From Phyllobates terribilis (taxonomy: Eukaryota): a stretch of 64,000 nt of DNA. The stretch is from the NCBI RefSeq assembly GCF_046119375.1, contig NW_027362771.1:431334001-431398000 (forward strand). Reading direction: 5' to 3'. This document shows, piece by piece, positions 50,778 to 62,389 of the stretch. How positions within the stretch are numbered: the stretch's first letter is position 1; every line of letters begins with the position of its first letter. The notes beneath the pieces are model-generated. The model did no database searches and was not told where the DNA came from. It saw only the letters and a program-made list of their open reading frames with translations. The position numbers and the translations under genes were made by a program.

Positions 50778-53190
50778 GAAATGTCTTGGAAAATGGAAGC
50801 CTAATACACCGACCTTTTTATTTTTCTGTATGAATGCTCACAGCCAACTCTCATACTATATATACCAAAGTACTTGAGTGATATGTAAATTGTGCAGGCG
50901 CTTTAAGGGGGTTGATGTGAAGATGCTATTTGGCTCTATCCTACTAAAGATTTGCAGGTGGGAGTGGAGTGGGGATAGGTGGGATCCATGGAGGGTTGAG
51001 AGTTTATTGAACTGACACAATGTAATGCATTGTTGTCTTCATTAATGGGTAAAATAACAGTGCTTGTAACATCGAGCAACTTTGCAATTTGCCTCTTCTG
51101 AAAACTCCTCTCCATTCTCAAGAATGGAGGGAATTTTAAAGTTTACAGCTTTTTGCCTTAAGTTACCAGCCACCATACAGTCTGAATGGCCAACTTGGGT
51201 AACCACCTAGGCAAGGAGCATGCGTTTCTTGCAGGCTGTTTTCTTTAGATTTGGCTAGCTTCTGTGCCCCTACACCTCTCCCATACTGTAGAGGCAAAGC
51301 TACGAACATAAGAGAGTTCTCGTTTCGGACCAGCTGCGAGACCATGCCGGTGACCCAAACTGTCCATCTTCAGAACATTGCTGTTGGTAAGCAGGGTGGC
51401 AAGGGAGTGGTGTGCTCCTGAAGAAAGATGAGAAAAACCCTCTAAGTGTACCTTAAAAAAAACAATTTCCTTAAATAAATAGTGCAAGCGAAGATGAGCT
51501 TTTACATTTTTACAGCCAGTTTGCAGTTGGAGAGGATAGTGGGTTGCAGGAGAGCGGGCAGGCAGCAGAAGGGACAGGAGGGAGACGGGGGTCACATCTG
51601 AGGGGCTTCCTCTGTAATATATATATATATTGGTGCAAATGTAATATGGCAACAGAAAACATTCCAGCAAAATTTTCACTCCAAATGCTCTTTCCCTTCT
51701 GACCTCGCCGTGTGCCCAAACAGTAGTGTACAACCACATAGAGGATATTGCTGTACTCCAGGAAAATTGCGTAATTACATTGTATATTTTTTTTTGTTAA
51801 ATGAAGAAAACTTGGGAAACTTTTTTTTTTATATTATGCAGATTTAGCACAAGTCAATAGTAAAGAAATTTGAAATGCCTGTGGTGTAAAAATGTTTCTA
51901 CACCGCTAGATGGATGTCTTGAGGGGTGTAGTTTCCAAAATGGAGTCACTTCTGGGGGTTTCTTCTATACTCGTGTACCTCAGGGGCTCTGCAAATGCAA
52001 TATGGTGAACGAAGACCGATCCAGCAAAATTTGCACTTCAAAATCTAAATAGTGTTCCTTCCTTGCTGAACCGTGCAATGCTCACATATAGAATGCCATA
52101 TTTGACATAAATTGGGTAATAAGTTGTGGGGTTTTTTTTTTCTCATTACTTTTTGTGAAAACCACACTTTAGCCACGATCTATAAAAAGTTTTACTTTGA
52201 CACAAAATTGCATGAAGGTGCCTGCAATTCTAAAGTACTGAGGGCATTTTGGCAACATGCCAGGTGTCTGCTTTCAGACGATATCTAGGTATGGGGGTCT
52301 AATATCAACTTTTTATTTTGTGATTTAGATATTGTGTGCATGTCAAGCTGAACAAAATTGTTCTGGCCACTAGAGATGCAAATTATAGAAAGGGTTAAGT
52401 GTGTGCTGCATGCCGAATTGGCACTAAAAGGTTAAGAGTCTGAGCTTTAATATGGTACCAAGGTCTAAGCTCTAGTTATGCACTCACAGACATAAGGTAT
52501 GGCATTCTTAAATGGGTCGGGTTGGCACCATGGGAAGGAGTGCAAACCTGCATGTATTAAAACAATGAGGTGAAGTCCATACTACAGAAAAAAAATGGGC
52601 CCGCTTTGTAAACAGCCATTTAAATGACCGCTGATGGGTAAATGTTTACTGATCTGTTGTCATATCATGTCGGTGGTCAGTCCAGGTAAATTAAGACGTG
52701 CACACGCTCATTACCTGTGGTTCCGACAGCAACTTTTATAGACCCGTATATAAAACATTGCAATAGCGTTATCCCTTTCCCTGTTGGAGAGCGATAAGCC
52801 GCATGAAACGTCGCACTAACTGCCTGCACGTGAAGGGTACCATAATTGTAATGAACTAGCGCATTTCACTTGTATTTTCTCTCCATATGCCTAAAGCTGT
52901 AGATATAAAGGTATCCTATGTGTAGTGGGTACATTGTAGAAGTATAATCCCCTGCGCCTACTCGTGGATAGACGAGTGAAGGAAATTTTCTTTGGATCTA
53001 ATGGAGCATGAAGATGATTCAGTGAATGCGAAGTAGCCTTTCAGACCTAGGTCCATGGTGCTCTGGCGTCTATGGTGCTCTGGCCGGCTGCACTAGTTGA
53101 GACACACTGGGCGAAAAAAGACTGCCGCTTCCAGCAATTGTGACGTCACTTGGTACAGGTCTCCCTGTGGCCAAAAAACAGTAGTCTGCT

Positions 53191-53229
53191 ATCCTACGTG
53201 TTTCGGAGGTAACGTCCTTCCTCGGGGAT
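53191..53229 (-). ncRNA. Degenerate minimal type-I hammerhead ribozyme motif (Penelope-like relic)
   Basis: Minus strand reads ATCC-CCGAGGA-A-GGA(cgttacc)TCC-GAAA-CAC-GTA-GGAT, with a GUA cleavage triplet. Confidence 0.55.
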
Positions 53230-53593
53230 TACGTTCGACCAGCAGTTCACAATCTTCTATAGGTATCAGGATCCCTGATGGTTTAATTGTCCTCAAAAGC
53301 AAAGGTCTATCGCACTATTAACACGGGAGGGGGGGTCTGAGAGTATTCACATTTATAGACAATCCTGGATCTGGCAAACTGCCCTTGTAGGAATGCAGTA
53401 GTTTCACTGTATTCTTGGATGAAAGAAATGTGCTGCTGAGCAACACAAAAACCCCATAAAGGACTACGTTAATGTTAAGCCCATTGTGCAGAAGAGCAAT
53501 CTTAATGCATATAGACCAAATGACTTGCATAGGAATTTGTCATGAAGATGCATATAATATCCTATCACTCAAGTTCCTAGGATGTCTCCTTAG

Positions 53594-53903
53594 TAGTGAT
53601 GAGCGAGTATGTTCTGTTAACCCTTTCGCCGAGTATACTCAGGCGAGCACCGAGTATTTACAGCGTGCCCGGTGATATGTTTGAATCGCTCCCGTGTACA
53701 TGATTTGCAACTGTTTGACAGCTTTAACACATGTGAGGAATGTGTAAGAAGCAGACATTCCTCACATGTATTAAAGCTGTCAAACAGTCGCAAATCATAC
53801 ACATGGGAGCGATTCAACCACATCACCGAGCAGCTGTAAATACTCGGTGCTCGCCCGAGTATACTCTGCGAAAGTGTTAACAGAACATACTCGCTCATCA
53901 CTA
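53594..53903. mobile_element. hAT MITE (310 bp)
   Basis: TIRs TAGTGATGAGCGAGTATGTTCTG / CAGAACATACTCGCTCATCACTA with a perfect 8-bp TSD CTCCTTAG. Confidence 0.95.
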
Positions 53904-54324
53904 CTCCTTAGTCATACTCCTTTTTCTAATAATCGTGGTTTATTTTTTCTGCATATGCTGTGCTTTTTTCATGTTGGTGCCGCTTACAGTCCTTTGGGTT
54001 TTCAGGTCAGTTTTGATAGTAGAAATAGTGCATTCTGCAGCAATACTTACTGTAAAAAAAAAAATACTGGAACACTGACTAAAACACAACACCATTATAA
54101 ATATGTGATCTATCAGGATTCACTATGATCTGTTTAAAATAACATGCCACGGCTCTATACAACCGATGCCAAGTAGACTTTGTATTGAAAATTGGGTCAG
54201 TCATAACTGACATTAGATACATTATCTGCGCTGTGTCCTCCATGCTCCCGGGTAAGGATTTTATTGAAATTCATTGGGTTCCTTAGATGTCATACTTTCC
54301 TGCATACACACACTTTGTTGACAG

Positions 54325-54510
54325 CAAACTTATTTATTATGCTTTGCTTTTATCGCGCCATCATATTCCACAGCGCTATACAGAGATTATCATTGCTGTC
54401 TCCATCAGAGCTCACATTGTAAATTCCCTATCAATATGTCTTTGGAGTGTGGGAGGAAACCCACGCAAACACGGAGAACATACAAACTCCCTGCATATGT
54501 CCTTGGTGGG
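54325..54510 (-). mobile_element. tRNA-derived SINE, partial reverse copy
   Basis: Reverse complement of the SINE core (GTCTTTGGAGTGTGGGAGGAAAC...GGAGAACATACAAACTCC). Confidence 0.8.
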
Positions 54511-55719
54511 ACTAATCTGTAACAAGGACATTAATATCATAAGTCAGGTTGGCACAAGCAGAAATTTGGTAGATCTTGAGAAAGCTAGGAGGCCATTATT
54601 ATAAACATTAATGTTCTTGTACTGAAGTTGGTCTTTAGATTTGTGAATTACCATTTTCTACGTAATTGTGGATTTGCAGTTAACTGATGTGTCCTAGACA
54701 GTGGATCGGGTTGAAATTGACACAAACTTAGGGCTTTAGGGTTGTTCACGCCGATCTTGGTGAGCGGGCATGATGGAGTCAGATGCTCCTAAATCTGAAG
54801 CACCTGACAAGTGGTGTGTGCCTTCATGTGCTGCGCAAGAAACCTCATTCCAATCAGGGACTAGAGTGAAATTTCAGGTGTAGGGGGTCTCCACAGTTCG
54901 TCATCAATTAGCCGAATTGTGATATCATGCCCCCGCTCTGCAGAAATCCAGCCCCAGCTCAGTACTCAGAGCTGTGGGAAACTGGTATCAAAGCACCATA
55001 AGTCGCTAAATTTAGGTGCAATTCCTCCCCTTCTATGAGCCATACCTTTTTTTTATTATTTTTTAGTCAAAAGAGACAGGTTTGTTTTTTTGCAAGACAG
55101 GTTGTGCACAAAATTGTCAACTCTTCATTAGTTGTTAAATTGGTAACGAGTGGCTGTGGCTTTCAAGCAGATGTAATTTAAGCTAAATTCATTAAGTAGC
55201 TTATGTGTACGTCTGTACTTCCTCATAGCTTGGATTTGTTTTATGTGTCTGAGAGGTCAAAATGCACCATCCTCTTTCCATACATATTCACTTTAGCATC
55301 TTTAGTGCAAATTAGTTTAAATCTCTGCTCCATGCATTAGTAAGACTTTGTTCACATGTCTGTTTGGGAGAGGTCCATTTAAAAAACAGACAAACGGAAT
55401 TCATGCAAAAATGGATATGAAATATCTTCTGACAACCTCTAGATAGCAATTTGTAAGCTTAAGTTCACATGCCGACTAGACTCACTCAGCTTCTCTCAAT
55501 AGAATAGACTAGTCGGCACAGGACTGCTGGTGTGCAATTCGCATGCATGTGGAATCAAGACTGTGGGCACTGCACCCTGATCATTTGGCAGACTTTTCTT
55601 CTTAAAACAGAAAATTCTTTTAAGAAGGTTGTTCGGGCTAAATAGAATCTTTTCCCTTGGTTTGGATTTTTTGAAAGTAAAATGTGCCATAATCACTTCC
55701 TGTAACATCCATTGATCCA

Positions 55720-55968
55720 CACTGCAGCCTTGCAGCGCTGGGGTCCTGAGTTCAAATCCAACCAAGGACAACATCTGCAAGGAGTTTGTATGTTCTCCCC
55801 GTGGGTTTCCTACGGGTTCTCCGGTTTCCTCCCACACTCCAAAGACATACTGATAGGGAATGTAGATTGTGAGCCCCACTGGGGACAGTGATGATAATGT
55901 CTGAATTGTAAAGCGCTGTGGAATATGTTGGCGCTATATAAATAAAAAGATTATTATTATTATTATAA
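55720..55968 (+). mobile_element. tRNA-derived SINE with (ATT)n tail
   Basis: B box GAGTTCAAATC. Core nearly identical to 44846-45045. Ends AATAAAAAG(ATT)n. Confidence 0.9.
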
Positions 55969-57258
55969 TGATAATTGACCCTGCACAGACTGCCCCGAGA
56001 TATGCATTAGCACTAGAAGTGATGATATCGTCTTTAATTAAAGTAGAATGTGACTGTGATCATGCTGCAGCGAGGATTATTGGATGCAGGAGACTCTTGT
56101 ATTGCGGTCCCCAGTAATCATATATTGATGACTAATGATTGTGATAGGGGATAGGTTCTTCCTTAGATAACTGCTTTAGAAAAAAATGTAGATATGTATT
56201 ATTTCTAGATGGTGTCAGGAATTTTTAATGTACCATACTTCTGAAAAGTGGCCATCTAATATGAAATCCGGACAAAATAGTGTACTGGTAGTAAGAGAGT
56301 TATATCAGTTTTTATTGCTTGGTTTTCATAAGAAGAAATGTTCTTGTACAAATACTAGGGTAATGTAAAAGCACATGAACTACAATACAACTACAATGAA
56401 AATGGTGATTTGTTGAATTTGCAGCATTAAGAGGTCACATTTACTCAAGTCAAAAGCTTTTTCAATCAAAACATCTTAATGGGTTAACAGCAGATACATG
56501 TTAACATAGGGGCCATTCTTTGTTATCACCTTCACAATTCTTGCATCCATTGAACTTGTGAGTTTTTGGATAGTTTCTGCTTGAATTTCTTTGCAGGATA
56601 TCAGAATAGTCTCCCAGAGCTGCTGTTGTGATGTGAACGGCCTCCTACCCTCATAGATCTTTTGCCTGAGGATACTCCAAAGGTTCTCCATAGGGCTGAG
56701 GTCAGGTGAGGATGGTGGCCACACCATGAGTTTCTCTCCTTTTATGCCCAATGACTAGAGGTATTGTTTGCAGCATGAGATGCTGCATTGTCATGCATGA
56801 AGATGATTTTACTACGACTGCCATAGTTCTTTTTTTTTTGTACCATAGAAGAAAATGGTCAGTCAAAAACTCTATATACTTTGCCAAGATCATTTTAACA
56901 CCTTCATCAACCCTAAAGGACCTACCAGCTTTCTCAATGATTCCGCCCCAAAGCATGACTCCACCACCTCCTTGCTGATGTTGTAGCCTTCTCAGGACAT
57001 AGTGGCCACCCACCAATCGTCTACTATTCCATCCATCTGGTCCATCCAGGGTTGCACAGCTCTCATCAGTAAACAAGAGTGTTTTAAAATTAGTCTTCAT
57101 GTATGTCTGGGCCCACTGCCATTGTTTCTGCTTGTGAGCACTGTTGAGTGGTTGCCGAATAGTTAGTTTATGCACAACTGCATGTCTTTGGAGGATCCTA
57201 CACCTTGAGGTTCGTGGGACTCCAGAGGCACCAGCAGCTTCAAATACCCGTTTGCTGC

Positions 57259-58600
57259 TTTATTTTTATTTTTTCCTTAAATATATTTATTAAAATTTTG
57301 TCAAAGATAAGATGCAACAATCAAGAAAAATAGTATACATATGAATACATGTGAATTCACATTCAGGTATAATGCAACTTTATGAAGAAACAAATCAAAC
57401 TTGTAATCCTAGATATCTCGGGTTGGAATCATCTTGTCCAAACACCACTTAGTAAATTTTAAACTGAACATTCTTAAATTGTGTAGGAAAAGGACAGTGA
57501 AGAAGAAACAAAGTCAGGAAAAGAGAAAGGAAAAGAAATAGAGACAAAAGATTGGAAGTGGGGAAAAAGGGGTGGAGGGGCAAAACCAGCCTCGGTCCCG
57601 ATTACCTTATATGGCGGTTATGAGGACTCACTTAACCAGTCCCGAAACTCTAAGCTCACCTTGAATGTCTCCCAAAGGAACCATGGTTGGCCCTGAACGG
57701 TCACAGAGTCGCTATCTTGAGCCATCATTGACTCCATGCAGCCCAATCTATCCATTTCGGACGCCCACTCAACCGCAGATGGAACCCTCACCGCTCTCCA
57801 GTATCGGAGGATAATTGTTCTGGCCGCCACTAAGCAGAACCTCAGAATTCCCTTCTTTATGGTTGTTATAGACCCAGGAATCAATGAAAGGAGGGCAATT
57901 TGAGGGGATGGTTCACAGTGGACACCCGTCATCAAGCGAAAGGCATTAAAAAACGCACCCCAAAATGGACGCAGAAGCCTACAATACCACCATATATGAA
58001 GCATAGACCCCTTCTCATTGTCGCATCTCCAGCATGTATTTGGGATTGCAGGATTGAATTTATGGAGAAGCACAGGACACCTATACCAACGTGTTAAAAT
58101 TTTATAATTTTTCTCTTGTGATCTGCAAGAGACAGAGATTTTGTGAGTAAGGGTAAAGATCTTCAGGCAGTCAGCTTCAGGGAGGGTAGTCTGCAAGTCT
58201 CCCTCCCATGCTGTAATAAAGCTAGGGGTGTCAATAGATACCTTTTCCAGGATCAAATTATAAAGCAAGGAGACTGTGTGGGTAGGGCCCTCTGTAGACA
58301 GCATTAAGGACTCAAATCGGGTCGGTCTGTTAAAAGAAATACCTGAGAGGAAGTCCTTCAACTGGGTGAATTCAAACCAAGACCGTGGCCTGCCACGGCA
58401 TATGTCCCCTAACTCCCCCACATCGGAGAGCCCAGAGAGCCTGTTTGCTGCTTTGTAATGGAATTTTAGCAGCTCCTTGCTTAATCCGATAAGAAACCTT
58501 CCTCATTATGCCTTTATCTGCACAAATCCATCTATGCTCTGTATCAGCCACAAATCTCTTCACAGTACGATGATCATGCTTAAGTTTTCATGAAATATCT
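57259..58600 (-). mobile_element. 5'-truncated L1-clade LINE (ORF2 C-terminus and 3'UTR)
   Basis: 267-aa ORF with YKILTRWY...CWRC...GSMLHIWWYC...FW (L1 CCHC domain). A-rich tail with AATAAA on minus at ~57260-57292. Confidence 0.88.
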
Positions 58601-58739
58601 AATGTTTTCTTACCTTGTCCAAGGCATTTGATTATTTGACTCTTTTCGGAGGCATAGAGATCCTTTTTCTTTCCCATATTGCTGGAAACCTGTGACCTGC
58701 TTAATGTGGAAAGTTCTTTTTAGGCTGTCAGCTGACAGC

Positions 58740-59145
58740 CTGAAAAGGTCGCGTGAGCTGTCAGCTGACTAAATGACGTCACCGCAGGTCCTTTCAGACG
58801 TCGAAGACGCCACCGGAGAGGTAAGTATAATGTTTTATTTTTTAGGTTTTAATTATTTTTTCACTATTGATGCTGCATTTAAAGGAGCATAAGTTGGTCA
58901 CACAATATAAATCCATGCCAGTTGCATGGATTTATATTGTGTAATCAGCTTGTCAAGCACTTTCCAAGTGATGCTCAAAATCGCTTGAAAAAGCGCTTGA
59001 CAAAAAGCATGCGAAAAACGCTTAAAAAATGCTTCTCCCTGGCAGAAAAAACCCATGTAAAATCCGCATGTGTTTTTTTCTGCCAGGGAGAGGCAGAAAC
59101 GCTCAGGAAAAATGTGCATCAATTCAGCATCGTGGGCACATAGCC
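58740..59145. mobile_element. ~830-bp Harbinger-type MITE family, right-arm copy
   Basis: Ends GCATCGTGGGCACATAGCC|TTA. Homologous to 49000-49336. Confidence 0.8.
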
Positions 59146-60949
59146 TTAAGTAGTTTTCCTTTAATTGGGCTCACCTGGCAGGCTAATTATCACAGGTGTT
59201 TGAGTTTGATTTCAGTGATCCAAAGAGCCCCCAGACACAATACCATCCATGAGTTTATTTGAAAATCAAAAAATTATATCTTTATGACACATATATGCAA
59301 ATGTGATTTAGGTCAATTGTATTAACGTAAGTGAAAAAGGCACAAGTTTCTGAAGCACATCTATACCTTCTCATAATCTAGATTTGAATGCCTTCTAGGA
59401 TACATACTCCCTTCAGGATGTTCAGTGCAAATCACTTTAAATTTCTTCTCCACATATTAGTAAGTCTTAGTTCACATGTCCATTTCGGAGCTCCGCTTTA
59501 GGAACAAAGAGAATTCATGCAAATAATGGATGTGAAATGACTCCTGGCAGCCTCTAGATGGTGCTTTTGTCCTTTATTGCTTTTGTCTAGAGCAGAATTT
59601 TACCTAAATGGTGAGATTTTCTACAAGCATTTGAAATAACATGACTTTTTAAAACACGAGAAAGACTTTATTTTTTGTATATTAGCAGATTTATCAGATT
59701 ATTTTTAATGTGTCGAGATTTGTTTCAATGGGTTATTTTATCTCCTGCATAATTCACAGCAGCAGATCTCATCTTCTGGGAACCAATTGCCTAAATAGTC
59801 AGTAAAAATGCCCTAAAATCTATTCATGTGCATTTGCTGAAATGTGAGTAGCTACGAATATCCTTGTAGATACAAAATAATTGGATAGTTGCATATGCAG
59901 CTTCGAAACAGCGATGTTACCCCTTATACATAAGTATTAGTCTTCAAATGGCATAATGTTAAAGGGAACCTGTCACTAGTTTTTTTTTTTTTTTTTTTAA
60001 ACTATGCCCATCACCCTTAAGATCATGAAGAATGTGGTTTCTGCAACCCCTTTATATCCTCAGACATGCCCCTGCATACCTCAGAAAAAGTGTTTATACT
60101 TGTCCTGCGCTGTATGTAAACTGCGGCGTCCAGTCCGATGGGTGTCTCCACATTGTTATCAACGCTGCCACGGTCCCTTCAAACGCCGCCTCTTATAAGT
60201 GCATGAAAGTGGATGACGTCTCTCCATCATCCACGTAGTGCTCGAAGTCTCGCGCCTGCGCAGTGGAATCAGCGCTGTGCAGGTGTGCCTCACTGTCCCC
60301 TATTTAACAGTCAGTGATTCTATGGTGCAGGTGTAAGTGCCACAGGACGGTAGCCGTGGGCTAGCTGCTGCTCCATTTCGCCCTGGCACATTACAAGAAA
60401 ATCGTGTTCCAGTCCATATATGTTGTGCTGTGTAAGGTACGTTACACTCACTTGCAGGCTGGAGGCTTTCGTTGTCTCCATGTCCTCAGTTCCAGGACCA
60501 GCTGCAGACACATCAGGGGACAGACACCTGGTTCAATTAAACAAGTTCAACTTTACTGGATTGGCGCTTAGCCTCGGTAATGGGATTGTGGGGTTGATGT
60601 CAGCAGCTGGCGCTGACATCAACCCCACAGGTTAGTAATGGAGAGGCGTCTGTCAGATACCCCCATTACTAACCCCGTAGTCACAATAAATAAACACACA
60701 AAAAAATATATCTTTTATTTGAAAAAAAAAAACTCCCGAACAATTTCCTTCTTTCACCCATTTATTTAAAAAAAAAAAAAACACACCAGTCCGCCGTAGT
60801 CCACATGGAGGTCCTTCAATGATGCCCATCCCCATCTCCATCTTCCAGTGTATGGAGCCCTGTTCATAGAATGGGGCTCCATACACTGGAACAGCAGCCA
60901 CTGCCGGGTCTCACGGAGTACAGCGCGAGAGCCAGAATGCTAAGCGGTG

Positions 60950-61331
60950 ACATGACCTCGAGTGACTTATGGAGCCTCGATCTCAAGGCTCCATAGGTCA
61001 CTCGCAGTCATGTCTCATGTCAGTTACGTCATCGCTCGTGAGACATGACCACGAGTGACCAATGCAGCCTCGTTTTACATAGGTCACTCGCAGTCATGAC
61101 TCATGTCAGTTACGTCATCGCTCGTGAGACATGACCGCGAGTGACCAATGCAGCCTCGTTTTACATAGGTCACTCGCAGTCATGACTCATGTCAGTTACG
61201 TCATCGCTCGTGAGACATGACCGCGAGTGACCAATGCAGCCTCGTTTTACATAGGTCACTCGCAGTCATGACTCATGTCAGTTACGTCATCGCTCGTGAG
61301 ACATGACCGCGAGTGACCAATGCAGCCTCGT
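60950..61331. repeat. 86-bp tandem repeat, about 4 copies, each a hairpin
   Basis: CAGTTACGTC starts at 61021, 61107, 61193 and 61279. Confidence 0.93.
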
Positions 61332-61807
61332 TTTTTTTTTTGTCACTTCTTTTTTTTTTCTTCATTTATTTATTAACATATTAAATATCAAAACATACAC
61401 AATATTCTAAAATTTAAACATTGTTTCACATAGCAAACAAAAGAATGAAATAAAGACAAAAAAAATAAATAAATAAAAAAACATTTTTTATTTTTTTATT
61501 TATCTTTCCTTTCCACATAGAAATTGTTATTTTTGCAATTTTTTGTTCAACATTCTTTATTGTCTTTTTTTTTTAGAATCTCTTTATCTTAATCTGTCAT
61601 GATATGAATCATTATTGTTGTTCAGAAAAAATGCAGAGTCTGAACGGATAAAAACCATTTCACCATAGAGGATAACAAAATGTGCATGGGATGACATCTA
61701 TCCACTTTTAATGTTATTTTGCCCACACAATGTTTTCCATAAATGGTGAAATGAACTATATAGTATCCCCCCCAAAAAACCCAAACCTCCTCTTTTATCC
61801 TTTATTT

Positions 61808-61993
61808 CAGGGTGCCCCAACTCCAGTCCTCAAGGCCCACCAACAGGCCATGTTTTCCGGATTTCCTTAGTATTGCTCAGGTGATAATAGCATCACCTGC
61901 ACGGGCAATAATTCCATCACCTGTGTAATAGTAAGGAAATCCTGAAAACACGTCCTGTTGGTGGGCCTTGAGGACAGGATTTGGGGAACCCTG
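61808..61993. mobile_element. hAT-type MITE (186 bp)
   Basis: CAGGGTGCCCCAACTCCAGTCCTCAAGGCCCACCAACAGG / CCTGTTGGTGGGCCTTGAGGACAGGATTTGGGGAACCCTG long TIRs. No clean TSD. Confidence 0.75.
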
Positions 61994-62389
61994 CTCTAGG
62001 AGCATGTCTTCAGGTGGCCTGCATAATTACCCTATGAGCAATACCCATTTGGTAGATACCATAAGAAGTAGCATTAAATATAAAGGTCCATCTCTTTGGA
62101 ACCATATGGCAGATTTAACAACATAAAAAGAGCATACATGAATACATGGGAAAAAATTAGAACACAAACTATCCATGTTTGCCCTGTTTACATATCCTCT
62201 TGAAAAATACAATATTTTATTTTAAAATATTCAAAATCAAGAATAGCAAATCCAAAGATTGCACTGACTAATAAATACATGTGCCATCTCATGCCCACTC
62301 ATATCCCCAATAGAGGAGGTCACAGTGGAAAGGCCCACAGCTATCAGGCATTTACAACTGATATGACTTACAAGATCACCCCTGAGCCT

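Larger units (their letters stand above)
56410..59290 (-). mobile_element. Decayed Tc1 transposon split by L1 and MITE insertions
   Basis: LFTDESCATLDGPDGW, QQGGGGVMLWGGI, FMHDNAASH-like and WPPSSPDLSPMENLW motifs. 5' pieces resume at 58610-58730 and 59146-59290. Confidence 0.8.

Noticed and set aside
62027-62212. Hydrophobic minus-strand ORF as a membrane-protein exon
   Set aside because: AT-rich composition explains the hydrophobicity. There are no convincing splice sites or family motif.
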